The position numbers and the translations under genes were made by a program. From positions 1-52,785 of IMG/VR virus record IMGVR_UViG_3300046006_001177: DNA of 52,785 nt. One strand, given 5' to 3'. Shown in pieces: positions 25,493 to 34,357 of the stretch (positions are counted from its first letter, which is position 1; the number at the start of each line of letters is the position of its first letter). The stretch is from a virus. Lineage: Duplodnaviria; Caudoviricetes. Under the pieces are notes generated by a model. That model worked only from the letters and a program-made list of their open reading frames with translations, did not search any database and was not told the DNA's origin.

Positions 25493-25521
25493 TTGACATA
25501 GACTAGATGTAGCAATAGTAT
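25493..25521 (+). promoter_or_regulatory. sigma70 promoter for rightward operon
   Basis: TTGACA-17 bp-TAGTAT. Confidence 0.7.
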
Positions 25522-25557
25522 TCTATTCGGGAGTACAACAGATGAAAGGGAGAATGT

Positions 25558-26181
25558 ATGAGCATCATCACGGAGAAGATTGTTTTAACCGTTGAGCTGG
25601 CCTCGTTCGTGGCAGTCACCAAACACGCGAAGGATGAGCTGGTCAACCAATTTTATTTAACCCTGCACCAGATGGGCAGGAGGCACGATTTCTTAGTCGG
25701 CATAGTGAGCTGGGAGGGCGGGCCAAAGGTAGCGCCTGTCATCGAACCGCTGTGGGAAGAAGTGAAGAAGCCCAAGCTAGTCAGGGCTACCAAAAATCTA
25801 TCCCTTGCAGAATACATACAAGAGAAACGTCTGGCGGCTGGTCTATCGCAGGTGAAGCTGGGCAGAGTGATGGGCATGTCAGATTCATGCGTCAGTCTTT
25901 GGGAGTCTGGCAAAGCCGCCCCTATCCGCTCCAACCTGTCAAAGATTGCAAAGGCGCTCAATTGTTCCAAGAACCACCTTAACAAGCTCTGGCTTAAAGA
26001 AATGAATGACAGAAAATTATCCAAGGGGATAGCCAATGAAGTTGACCAACAAGCACAACCTGCCGCAGACATTCGTGAACGTGATACAGCGGCCGACGTA
26101 CAGCCGTGGCAGCAGCGAGATATCCGTCACGGAGATTCTTTCGCCACCGCAAATAGTTCAATTACGACGACGACATTCTGA
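25558..26181 (+). CDS. XRE/Cro-family HTH regulator with N-terminal extension
   Basis: I...R...GLSQ..L...MG.S...VSLWE.G...P....L.KIA.AL; GGGAG RBS; C-terminal tail overlaps the next gene. Confidence 0.8.
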   Translation: MSIITEKIVLTVELASFVAVTKHAKDELVNQFYLTLHQMGRRHDFLVGIVSWEGGPKVAPVIEPLWEEVKKPKLVRATKNLSLAEYIQEKRLAAGLSQVKLGRVMGMSDSCVSLWESGKAAPIRSNLSKIAKALNCSKNHLNKLWLKEMNDRKLSKGIANEVDQQAQPAADIRERDTAADVQPWQQRDIRHGDSFATANSSITTTTF

Positions 26182-26914
26182 CCAGATCGAAGTAGACGCA
26201 GCAGATCAGGTCTGGTCTCTGTTCGGGTCAGCAGTCCACAACATCCTGCAACATGGCAAGGATGACAACCATGTCGTGGAAGAACGGCTGTTCACGCAGT
26301 TCAACAACTGGAGCATCAGCGGCCAGATTGACTTGCAGGAATACCAGTCTGACGGCAGCGTAGTCATCAGCGACTACAAGGTCACCTCTGCGTGGGCAGT
26401 ACAGCAGGAGAAGACCGAATGGATAGACCAGCTGAACATCTACGCATGGCTGGTCGAGCGTGTGAAGTCTGTGCCTGTTACTGGTCTGAAGATCGTCGGC
26501 ATCGTGCGGGATTGGAGCCGTAGAGAAGCGGCAAACAAAGAGACCTACCCGCAAGCACCGGTGGTGGTAATTGACATCCCGCTGTGGGAAGGACTTGTAC
26601 GCGAGAACTACATTCGTGACCGGCTGAACATGCACAACGAGGCGAACTTCTCGGCCGTCAGCGGTGAGATGCCAGCGTGTACGTCAGAGGAAATGTGGGA
26701 GAAGCCCACGACTTACGCAGTCATGCGCGAGTTTGGCAAGCGGGCAAAGAAAGTATTTCTGTTTAAGCAGGAGGCCGAAGCGTACCTGGCCGAGCAGAAA
26801 GGTACGCACTTCATTGAAACCCGCGAGGGCGGCAGGACGCGCTGTGAATCTTTCTGTCAGGTCGCCCCATTTTGTGAGCAGTACAAAACCTACCGTAAGG
26901 AGAATGACAAATGA
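26036..26914 (+). CDS. PD-(D/E)XK Cas4-like exonuclease (recombination module)
   Basis: G.AVH..L, E.RL, SGQID, DYK.T, QLNIY and C..FC....FC motifs. Confidence 0.82.
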   Translation: MKLTNKHNLPQTFVNVIQRPTYSRGSSEISVTEILSPPQIVQLRRRHSDQIEVDAADQVWSLFGSAVHNILQHGKDDNHVVEERLFTQFNNWSISGQIDLQEYQSDGSVVISDYKVTSAWAVQQEKTEWIDQLNIYAWLVERVKSVPVTGLKIVGIVRDWSRREAANKETYPQAPVVVIDIPLWEGLVRENYIRDRLNMHNEANFSAVSGEMPACTSEEMWEKPTTYAVMREFGKRAKKVFLFKQEAEAYLAEQKGTHFIETREGGRTRCESFCQVAPFCEQYKTYRKENDK

Positions 26915-27060
26915 AATATCTGATCGCTATCTGGGCACTCGCCTCCGCATCACTGGCCTACGCAGGCTGCACATCGAACAGCTTCTGTGACAACCAAGGC
27001 CGCTGCACTTTCTGCACGACCTGCTGCTACGGCGGTTCCTGCCATACCACTTGCAGCTAA
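26911..27060 (+). CDS. 49-aa secreted cysteine-rich peptide (8 Cys)
   Basis: Hand translation MKYLIAIWALASASLAYAGCTSNSFCDNQGRCTFCTTCCYGGSCHTTCS; AAGGAG RBS; ATGA overlap; AYA signal-peptidase site. Confidence 0.75.
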   Translation: MKYLIAIWALASASLAYAGCTSNSFCDNQGRCTFCTTCCYGGSCHTTCS

Positions 27061-27080
27061 TAACAATCTAGGGAGAAACA

Positions 27081-27779
27081 ATGAAAGCCATTGCCAGCGC
27101 ACTGGTCAAGGCGCAGCGGGAGTTCGGACCCGCGCTGAAGACCAGTACCAACCCACACTTCCGCAGTAAGTATGCCGATCTGTCGGCCTGCATCGAGGCG
27201 GTGATTGATGCTCTGAACAACAACAACATCTACCTGATGCAGTTAACAGAAGAGCATGAGTCTGGTGTAAAGGTTTCCACTACCTTCATCCATGAGTCAG
27301 GGGAGCAGATCTCCGGCGGCAGTCTGTTCATGCCAGCGTCCAAGCAGGATCCCCAGGGTTTTGGCAGCGCCTTGAGCTATGCCCGCCGTTATAGCCTGAT
27401 GGCAGCCTGCGGCATCGCCCCAGAAGACGACGATGCCAACTCTGCTAGGCCACCTGTCGTTGCGCCGAAGGTCGTAGCAAAACCTCCAGAACCTCCAAAA
27501 CCTACACCCGTTCCACCCAAGCACATCGAAGGCAAGGACAAGGAATGGCAGATCAAAGTATCTGCTGATCCCGGCACCAACTTTGATGACTGGCTTGCTG
27601 TCATTGTGGAGTCGACGGTCACAGCGCTGGACGTTGCTGAGTCTCGGCAGCAGGTGCTAGACATCTGGCGTACCAACATTGACATCTACCAGAAGATTGA
27701 GAAGCTGGATCCAGAAGCCTACAAGGAAATGCTGGCCACCTTCAGCACTTACAAGGGAGCATTCAAAGATGGCGAGTAA
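27081..27779 (+). CDS. erf: ERF-family ssDNA annealing protein
   Basis: ALVKAQ...K...NPHF.SKYA.L, HESGE, PQ.FGSALSYARRYSL.A..GIA.EDDD motifs. Confidence 0.9.
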   Translation: MKAIASALVKAQREFGPALKTSTNPHFRSKYADLSACIEAVIDALNNNNIYLMQLTEEHESGVKVSTTFIHESGEQISGGSLFMPASKQDPQGFGSALSYARRYSLMAACGIAPEDDDANSARPPVVAPKVVAKPPEPPKPTPVPPKHIEGKDKEWQIKVSADPGTNFDDWLAVIVESTVTALDVAESRQQVLDIWRTNIDIYQKIEKLDPEAYKEMLATFSTYKGAFKDGE

Positions 27780-28044
27780 TCCTAACACCGGCAAGCTGAA
27801 CTACAGCAAGAAGAAGCTTCATCCTAAGTCACCAGACCTGTACGGCGAACTGATACTGGAGCGCCAGTACGTCAAGAGCTTGCTGGAAGCAACAGACGAG
27901 GATGAGCTTCTCATCAAGCTGGACGCGTGGCAGAACGACGGGAACTACGGCACCTACTTCTCTCTCAAGGTCAACACTTGGAAGAAGCCAGAGCAACCCG
28001 CTCCTGCTCCTACTCCCGTTGACGATACGGACGTTCCCTTCTGA
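27769..28044 (+). CDS. putative single-stranded DNA-binding protein
   Basis: Start moved to ATG 27769. G.L...K....PD..G, AW, YFSL.V and acidic DDTDVPF tail. Confidence 0.7.
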   Translation: MASNPNTGKLNYSKKKLHPKSPDLYGELILERQYVKSLLEATDEDELLIKLDAWQNDGNYGTYFSLKVNTWKKPEQPAPAPTPVDDTDVPF

Positions 28045-28052
28045 GGTGAGCC

Positions 28053-28268
28053 ATGCGAGAACAATCAAACGCGCTTATCGACCACCTGCTGGAGCGATTC
28101 AATCTAGGCACAGATGCAGCGTTGGCTAGGATGATGGAGCTTCAGCCGCCGGTCATCTCAAAGATGCGGCACGGCAAGATGTCCCTGACGCCCAACTTCA
28201 TCCTGAAGGTACACGACACGTTTGACATCCCTATCAAAGAGATCAAGAAGATAGCTGATGTCCGCTAA
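28053..28268 (+). CDS. small HTH protein (71 aa)
   Basis: L.TDAALAR.M...PPVISKMRHG; GAGG RBS. Confidence 0.7.
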   Translation: MREQSNALIDHLLERFNLGTDAALARMMELQPPVISKMRHGKMSLTPNFILKVHDTFDIPIKEIKKIADVR

Positions 28269-28575
28269 GTCACCGACGCAGCGCAGTCTTGAGCATCTGC
28301 GGGAGCTGGGCTATCACTGCGAAGTGGTGGAGAAGTGGAACCCGTGGAAGCGTGTACGTCAGGATCTCTGGGGATGGTGTGACATCTTGGCTATCCGCAG
28401 GGATGAAGTGCTAGCCGTGCAGGTAACGGCGGCTGGCGTGGCGGCCAGGATCAAGAAGATCCAGGAGTCGGACACCATCGCCCGTGTCAGAGAAGCAGGC
28501 ATCAGAGTGGAAGTGCATGGCTGGACTAAGCGGGCAAGCGGTAAGTACGTGCTGCGAGTGGAGGATATAAGTTGA
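28258..28575 (+). CDS. PD-(D/E)XK Holliday-junction-resolvase-like nuclease
   Basis: LR..GY....VE......DLWG..DILAI....LAVQVT...VHGW. Confidence 0.7.
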   Translation: MSAKSPTQRSLEHLRELGYHCEVVEKWNPWKRVRQDLWGWCDILAIRRDEVLAVQVTAAGVAARIKKIQESDTIARVREAGIRVEVHGWTKRASGKYVLRVEDIS

Positions 28576-28652
28576 TGGAAACGATCCAGTTTGAGTCGGT
28601 CAAGGTTGGCATGAAGCAGGACAACTCCGGCTACATCCTGACGCTGCGTTGA
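28575..28652 (+). pseudogene. stranded 5' fragment (25 codons) of the 29220..29639 gene
   Basis: METIQFESVKVGMKQDNSGYILTLR-stop versus MSHPQFECVKVSLKQDNSGYILTLRVH at 29220. Confidence 0.85.
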
Positions 28653-28696
28653 CAAAGTACCGTTCGTGTAGCATGATGAAGTCTCGTTAAGGAGGC
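28649..28696 (+). promoter_or_regulatory. promoter and RBS carried with the HNH insert
   Basis: TTGACA (28649-54)-17 bp-CATGAT; AAGGAGG before ATG 28700. Confidence 0.5.
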
Positions 28697-28699
28697 TCT

Positions 28700-29239
28700 A
28701 TGAAATGCTACATCTGCGGTGACAAAACCATCTCTTTACATGGAAGAAAAAACGTTTGTGAAAAACACAAAAGGTTTTTGCAAATGCAAAGCTCAGCAAA
28801 GCACGACAAGAAATATGCGCCATCGCTTTATGAGATTGAACGCCTAGTCCCCAAAGACATGGTTTGCCCAGATTGTGGAAAACAAATGCACTGGATAGAC
28901 AATTCAAATAGATCAGCATCAGCAGTTCTTCAGCATTACCGCGATGGATCGCTTGGTATCGTTTGCCATGCTTGTAACACCAAACACGGAATGATGCCGG
29001 GAGATTCTTATAGAGATGTTCCTGTTGGTTACAAATTGTGCAGGTCATGCAAAACAATTAAGCCGTTAGATATGTTCTACAAACGGTCTGATTCAAAAAT
29101 TCAGTATCCGATGAGCAAATGCAAAGTTTGTAATCTTGAGGCGCACCAAGAGTGGAGGAGAAAAAATCCAGAAAAATACAAAGCAACAAACAAGAAGCAC
29201 AACGACAGAAGGAAAGCGAATGTCACATCCACAGTTTGA
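28700..29239 (+). mobile_element. free-standing HNH/EndoVII-like homing endonuclease (179 aa)
   Basis: CPDC...LQH...G.VCHACN..HG His-Me finger plus KLCRSCK.IKP...F...CKVC zinc domain; visibly AT-richer than flanks. Confidence 0.75.
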
Positions 29240-29639
29240 GTGCGTAAAGGTTTCGCTGAAACAAGATAACAGCGGATACATCTTGACCCTCAGAGTACAT
29301 CCAGACGAGTTAGACGAACAGATTTTGCGCGACTTTGTCGGCAGCCGGTACATGACTGTCATGGTCAGGCTGAACGAAGAAGAGCGCCCGATGAACAGGG
29401 AGGCGGAGCTGGCCAAGGACATGGTGCGTGTGTCTGGAATGCTGTGCCGAGATCCTGACTTCTGGCAGTTCTTGCAGGAGTCTGGGGAGATCATTGAGAA
29501 ATCAGATAAGGAAGCAACAGAATGGTTAAAGAGATACCTGAAGGTGGAAAGCCGCGCCGACATTTCAAAAAGCCAGGAGGCGGTGGAGAAGATGCTGGGG
29601 ATAAAGCGAGAGTTCGCATCTTGGAAAGCTCGAGAATGA
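29220..29639 (+). CDS. conserved hypothetical protein (139 aa)
   Basis: Start moved to ATG 29220; GMLCRDP.FW.FL...A..WL...L.V.SRA motifs. Confidence 0.75.
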   Translation: MSHPQFECVKVSLKQDNSGYILTLRVHPDELDEQILRDFVGSRYMTVMVRLNEEERPMNREAELAKDMVRVSGMLCRDPDFWQFLQESGEIIEKSDKEATEWLKRYLKVESRADISKSQEAVEKMLGIKREFASWKARE

Positions 29640-29908
29640 TTCCTTACTCCGTCTACCTGACGGAAGAGACTCACGCCGCGCTGAAGGAGAAAGCCCGCAG
29701 CAGGCAGGCCAGCAAGATCGTGCGGGATGCCATCACTATGATCTTAGAAGGTGGAGATCAGTACGCTAGCGGCTACAAGCAAGCGCTGCGGGACGTGATG
29801 GATTTGATCCACAAGGATGATCTAGCGGGCAAGATCGCCGTAGACGACCGCAGGATTGCAGATCATCTCATCGACCAGATAGAGGGGTTGATTGATGACC
29901 AGAGATGA
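29636..29908 (+). CDS. ribbon-helix-helix-like protein (90 aa)
   Basis: Start moved to ATG 29636; YSVYL.EE....LK..A.....S..VR.AI. Confidence 0.65.
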   Translation: MIPYSVYLTEETHAALKEKARSRQASKIVRDAITMILEGGDQYASGYKQALRDVMDLIHKDDLAGKIAVDDRRIADHLIDQIEGLIDDQR

Positions 29909-30095
29909 CATTGTTAAATGGGCGGCAGAAACCGGATTGGGATCGACACAATACATTTCTGAGAGCCAATGGAGAAGCCTCCATGCGTTTGCTGAACTAG
30001 CTGCGGCCTATGAGCGAGAGGAATGCGCCAAAGTGTGTGATGCGCGTGATGCTCTCTACTGTGCGTTTGCTATCCGCGAAAGGGGTGCGCCATGA
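29895..30095 (+). CDS. hypothetical protein, ERExCA family
   Basis: MTRDDI..WA...G...FA.L.AA.EREECAKVCD...CA.AIR.RG. Confidence 0.7.
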   Translation: MTRDDIVKWAAETGLGSTQYISESQWRSLHAFAELAAAYEREECAKVCDARDALYCAFAIRERGAP

Positions 30096-30337
30096 TCACA
30101 CTAACCCGCGAGGAAGCGCAGCAGGTGCTGGATGCGTTGCAATGCGCTACACCGCCGACGTTCAGCGCAAAGATAGTAGAGGATTGGCAGAATGCAGTCG
30201 AATTTCTCCGCGCCCGACTTGCGCAGCCTGAACGCGAATGGCAGGGGCTAACGGCAAAAGACTTGGCTGAAATACCACCGAGTTGTTACGAAGGCGCTAT
30301 CTGGGCAGATGCTAGGTTGAAGGAGAAGAACACATGA
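30092..30337 (+). CDS. hypothetical protein, REWQGLT...LKEKN family
   Basis: ORF track 81 aa; ATGA overlaps. Confidence 0.7.
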   Translation: MITLTREEAQQVLDALQCATPPTFSAKIVEDWQNAVEFLRARLAQPEREWQGLTAKDLAEIPPSCYEGAIWADARLKEKNT

Positions 30338-30507
30338 AAACTAAACAAGAAATCAAAGACGAAATCATTGAACTGTATGGTGCTACTCAAGCCTTGAGCG
30401 ATGCAATGAACATACTTCACGCGCAGCGCATGGAGAAGAGCAAAGCAATGATGGCCTTAAATCAGATGCTAAAAGACATGGATGATGACGAGGAGGAAAA
30501 CACATGA
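30334..30507 (+). CDS. hypothetical helical protein (57 aa)
   Basis: Hand translation MKTKQEIKDEIIELYGATQAL...DDDEEENT; ATGA overlaps on both sides. Confidence 0.65.
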   Translation: MKTKQEIKDEIIELYGATQALSDAMNILHAQRMEKSKAMMALNQMLKDMDDDEEENT

Positions 30508-30674
30508 GCGAGTGCCCGCATGGTTTGTTCGACGTATGCTGTACTAACTACGAAAAATGCACACTTGGGCCGCCCAAGCGCGAATGGCAGGGGCTGACGG
30601 ATGAGGAAAGAGAAGAGGCTACTGGCTGGTCTGTTGAGCATATTGAAGCCAAGCTGAAGGAGAAGAACGGATGA
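30504..30674 (+). CDS. hypothetical protein, REWQGLT...LKEKN family (56 aa)
   Basis: Hand translation MSECPHGLFDVCC...KREWQGLTDEE...IEAKLKEKNG. Confidence 0.65.
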   Translation: MSECPHGLFDVCCTNYEKCTLGPPKREWQGLTDEEREEATGWSVEHIEAKLKEKNG

Positions 30675-30922
30675 AAGCATTTCCAATAACCAATGAGGTT
30701 GACTACAACAACGGCATGGACTTGCGGGATTACTTCGCAGCGAAGGCGATGCCGTTAGCGATGAAGTGGGTAGAACATAACTACAGCCAAGTATTGCATG
30801 GCAATGACTGGATGTGGGATGAGAAAGGGGATGAGGAAGAAGATGAGGACGATGCAACAGAAATTGCAGGCATTGCTTACCATATAGCAGATGCCATGAT
30901 GAAGGCGAGATCAAATGATTGA
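30671..30922 (+). CDS. conserved phage protein, AFP...GMxLRDYFAAKAM family
   Basis: KAFP, GMDLRDYFAAKAM, AY.IADAMMKAR. Confidence 0.8.
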   Translation: MKAFPITNEVDYNNGMDLRDYFAAKAMPLAMKWVEHNYSQVLHGNDWMWDEKGDEEEDEDDATEIAGIAYHIADAMMKARSND

Positions 30923-31679
30923 TGGCAAGCCCACCATCATGATTGGCACACCTGCCTACGGCGGTGCCATGTTCATGGAGTACGTCGACAGCCTAGTTCG
31001 GAACCTGTCTTTCCTAGAGCGGGAAGGGATAAAGACGCGCTGGCAGTTCATGAACAAAGAGGCGCTGATCACCCGCGCGCGCAACGAGATCGCCCGATAC
31101 TTCTTGGATGAGACACAGGATGACTACCTGATGTTCATAGATGCCGATATCTGGTTTCCCACCGACGGTATCTACCGGCTGCTCCAGCACAAGAAGGATG
31201 TGGTCTGCGGTATCTACCCGAAGAAGTTTCTATTCTGGGATCGTATCCGCAAGGCCGCGCTGCGCGGGGAGAAGGACATCGACAAGTTCGGCTGCTCGTA
31301 TGTGTTGAACGCGGTGAACGATCACGGCGACCCAGACAAGGTGCCGCTGGACGAGGACGGGCTGGTAGAAGTCCTGCACGGCGGCACAGGATTCATGATG
31401 ATCCACAGGAATGTACTGAAGGCGATGCGGTTCAAGGTACCCACCTACCGCACCAGCCTGATCCAAGATAATGGCCAGTTCTTAGCCCCGCTCACGCGAG
31501 AGTTCTTCGGCACCAGCATCACCGAACTCGGATTGCTGTTGTCAGAAGACTATCACTTCTGTGAGTTGTGGAAGAAGGAGGGTGGCAAAATATACGCCGA
31601 CCCCACCATTGAGTTACGCCACGTAGGCCAGCATGTCTACGCGGGTGATCTCATGCGGGCAGGCAGAAACAATACTTAG
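30915..31679 (+). CDS. GT-A fold glycosyltransferase, paralog 1 (254 aa)
   Basis: IGTPAYGG, LITRARN, MFIDADI (DxD), CGIYPKK, GTGFMMI, SEDYHFC, L.HVG. Confidence 0.8.
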   Translation: MIDGKPTIMIGTPAYGGAMFMEYVDSLVRNLSFLEREGIKTRWQFMNKEALITRARNEIARYFLDETQDDYLMFIDADIWFPTDGIYRLLQHKKDVVCGIYPKKFLFWDRIRKAALRGEKDIDKFGCSYVLNAVNDHGDPDKVPLDEDGLVEVLHGGTGFMMIHRNVLKAMRFKVPTYRTSLIQDNGQFLAPLTREFFGTSITELGLLLSEDYHFCELWKKEGGKIYADPTIELRHVGQHVYAGDLMRAGRNNT

Positions 31680-31687
31680 GAGGCAAC

Positions 31688-31930
31688 ATGCTAAGAGATG
31701 GACAGTTCATCAAAGAAGATCCGCCCAAGATTGGCGCTCACTACGTACCCAAGTTCTACCAGTCGGTTGGTGATGGCAACAACGTGATTGAAGAAGAGAG
31801 CCGCTTCGGTGCTTTCATGCGTAAGAACATCTCGCCGTTCGATGTTGGCGCCTGCATGGTGCTGATCTACGTGGCCATCGCGGTTGTGATCACGATGGTG
31901 CGGGGGTTTTTCAACCTGATCTTTGGATGA
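31688..31930 (+). CDS. small membrane protein (80 aa)
   Basis: GGAGG RBS; C-terminal hydrophobic helix. Confidence 0.65.
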   Translation: MLRDGQFIKEDPPKIGAHYVPKFYQSVGDGNNVIEEESRFGAFMRKNISPFDVGACMVLIYVAIAVVITMVRGFFNLIFG

Positions 31931-32142
31931 GCCGGAGACTATTCCAGATGGCAAATGAAGCAGCAGAAGGCGAGGACCTGATCTACGCACCAGATGCTGC
32001 GGCGATGGCGTGGATGCGCAAGTTCTCAAAGATGGTCACCCTGGCAGAACGTGAGCGCTGCGCCACGCTGGTGGAGAAGATGGGCATGGAAGGCTACGGC
32101 ACGTTGGCTATCGCAGCAGCTATCAGGAAGGAAGAGGAATGA
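31927..32142 (+). CDS. hypothetical protein, ERExCA family
   Basis: AERERCA.LVE......TLAIAAAIR. Confidence 0.65.
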   Translation: MSRRLFQMANEAAEGEDLIYAPDAAAMAWMRKFSKMVTLAERERCATLVEKMGMEGYGTLAIAAAIRKEEE

Positions 32143-33119
32143 AGGTTGCTATCCAGAACCACTACGAGTTCATCACCCGTGACGGATACCTGTTCAAGAA
32201 TGAGAACAGCGACATCGGCCACAACCTGCTGCGGCCGTGGATGGAGTTGTACAACCTGTGCCGGGTGACGATAGAAATGCAAAGCATATGCCGGACAAAC
32301 GGCATCGAGCTGTACACACTGGATCAGGTAGACCCCAAGGAGCTGGACTTGGTCATCTACATGGATCGGCCACGAGTAGAGCCAGAGATCGGCAACGCCC
32401 GCAAGATCCTGATCCTCTACGAGCCAGACATCATCCTGCCTGACAACTGGGACACCGCGTACCACGATCAGTTCACAAAGGTGCTGACATGGGATGACCG
32501 GCTAGCAGGCAAGGGCATCTACGAGAAGCACAACTTCACCGTGGACTGGGAGAGCAGGCAGCGTTGCCATATCAGCCACAGCGAGTTCGAGCGCCGCAAG
32601 CTAATTGCCATGATCCAAACGGCTAAGAACATGCAGCATCCCAACAGTCTGTACCCGAAACGGATCGACGCAATATTCTGGTTTCAGCGTAACGCCATGT
32701 TCGACTTCGACCTGTACGGCAAGGGCTGGGATATCAAGACTTTCTTCTGCGCCAAGGGATCAACCAACAACAAGATCCAGACGTACAACAATTACCGCTT
32801 CGCCCTGACTTTCGAGAACTGCGACCACGCCGTCGGGTACATCAGCGAGAAGATCTTGGACGCCTTCATGGCCGGTGTCGTGCCGGTCTACTGGGGCGCA
32901 CCCAACGTGGCCGACCACATCCCGCGCGAGTGCTTCATCGACATGCGGGACTTTGGTGACTGGGAAGACTTGTACAACTACCTGTCTGGCATCAGTTACG
33001 AACGGTACATGGAATATCTGGAAGCCATCGACGCGTTCATCCGGTCAGAAGCGGCTATCCAATTTAGCAACGAACACGAAGTCAAACAGCTGTACAGATT
33101 AATAGAAGAACACAAATAG
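32139..33119 (+). CDS. GT10 alpha-1,3/4-fucosyltransferase-like (326 aa)
   Basis: FDLYG.GW, K....Y.F.LTFEN....GYISEKI.DA..AG.VPVYWGAPNV...IP...FID - the GT10 signature. Confidence 0.88.
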   Translation: MKVAIQNHYEFITRDGYLFKNENSDIGHNLLRPWMELYNLCRVTIEMQSICRTNGIELYTLDQVDPKELDLVIYMDRPRVEPEIGNARKILILYEPDIILPDNWDTAYHDQFTKVLTWDDRLAGKGIYEKHNFTVDWESRQRCHISHSEFERRKLIAMIQTAKNMQHPNSLYPKRIDAIFWFQRNAMFDFDLYGKGWDIKTFFCAKGSTNNKIQTYNNYRFALTFENCDHAVGYISEKILDAFMAGVVPVYWGAPNVADHIPRECFIDMRDFGDWEDLYNYLSGISYERYMEYLEAIDAFIRSEAAIQFSNEHEVKQLYRLIEEHK

Positions 33120-33128
33120 GAGAGTGAT

Positions 33129-33374
33129 ATGGAAGATATGCCAGATCATGTTAAGCAATTTGTCATGAAAGACAACGTTGTTGTTGAAGGCATTGATGCC
33201 AATTACGTCTGGTATAACGCCAGCCTTTTGAGGGGGAAGATGAGTTCTTGGGCAACGGACTTTGAGAAGGTAGTCAGCGTGATGGAGGCTAGGCACAAGG
33301 AACACATCAAGATGCTGCAAGACTTGATGGACGAGAACACAGAACTGAAAAAGAAATTGAAGGAAAAAGAATGA
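33129..33374 (+). CDS. hypothetical coiled-coil protein (81 aa)
   Basis: AGGAG RBS; ATGA overlap with gmd. Confidence 0.65.
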   Translation: MEDMPDHVKQFVMKDNVVVEGIDANYVWYNASLLRGKMSSWATDFEKVVSVMEARHKEHIKMLQDLMDENTELKKKLKEKE

Positions 33375-34357
33375 AAGCATTGATCACAGGAGTTACCGGA
33401 CAAGACGGCTCCTATCTGGCAGAACTGCTTTTATCAAAAGGGTACGAAGTCCACGGCATCAAGCGCCGCTGCTCTAACCTGAACACGGAGAGAGTCGATC
33501 ACCTGTTTAACAACCCGCACTTCCACCTGCACTACGGCGACATGACCGACGGCAGCAACTTGGCGCACATCGTCAAGAAGGTAAAGCCAGACGAGGTCTA
33601 CAACCTAGCCGCTCAGAGCCATGTGGCTGTCAGCTTTGAGCAGCCGGAGTACACGGCCAACGCCGATGCTGTCGGCACCTTGCGCCTGCTGGAAGCCTGT
33701 GTATTTACAGATGCCGCCTTTTACCAAGCATCCACCAGCGAGATGTTTGGCTCCAGCCCAGCGCCGCAGAATGAGGACACACCCTTCCGTCCGCGTAGTC
33801 CGTATGGCGCAGCCAAGCTGTACGCCCACTGGATCACGGTCAACTACCGCGAAGCCTACGGCATGTACGCCTGCTCCGGCATCCTGTTCAACCACGAATC
33901 CCCACGCAGGGGCGACACCTTTGTCACGCAGAAGATTGTCAAAGCACTGTGCCGGATCAAGAGGGGTCAGCAGAAGAAGCTGACGCTCGGCAACCTGGAC
34001 GCCATGCGGGACTGGGGACATGCCAAGGACTACGTCAACGCCATGTGGCTGATGCTCCAGCAAGAGGAGCCAGAAGACTTCGTGATCGCCACCGGCAGAC
34101 AGTACACCGTGCGCCAGTTCGTCGAAGCCGTGGCTTTGCGGCTAGGTATGAACATCGTCTGGAGCGGATCTGGCGTTAACGAGGTGGGCTTCTGCGATGG
34201 AAGGCTGATCATTGATATCGACGAGCGCTACCTGCGTCCAGCAGAGGTGGACAGCCTGTGCGGTGATGCCACGAAAGCCAGACAGAAGCTGGGATGGAAG
34301 CCGGTGATTACGTTTGATCAACTTGTGAATGAAATGGTGGAGGCTCAACTTGCATAA
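33371..34357 (+). CDS. gmd: GDP-mannose 4,6-dehydratase
   Basis: [61 protein letters not shown]. Confidence 0.96.
   Translation: MKALITGVTGQDGSYLAELLLSKGYEVHGIKRRCSNLNTERVDHLFNNPHFHLHYGDMTDGSNLAHIVKKVKPDEVYNLAAQSHVAVSFEQPEYTANADAVGTLRLLEACVFTDAAFYQASTSEMFGSSPAPQNEDTPFRPRSPYGAAKLYAHWITVNYREAYGMYACSGILFNHESPRRGDTFVTQKIVKALCRIKRGQQKKLTLGNLDAMRDWGHAKDYVNAMWLMLQQEEPEDFVIATGRQYTVRQFVEAVALRLGMNIVWSGSGVNEVGFCDGRLIIDIDERYLRPAEVDSLCGDATKARQKLGWKPVITFDQLVNEMVEAQLA

Noticed and set aside
26036-26914. Cas4 as evidence of a CRISPR-Cas system
   Set aside because: No array or other cas genes; it sits with ERF and SSB as a recombination exonuclease.
28650-29294. Group I intron interpretation of the HNH insert
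   Set aside because: The insert is almost entirely ORF with no room for a catalytic core, and the duplicated N-terminus makes splicing unnecessary.
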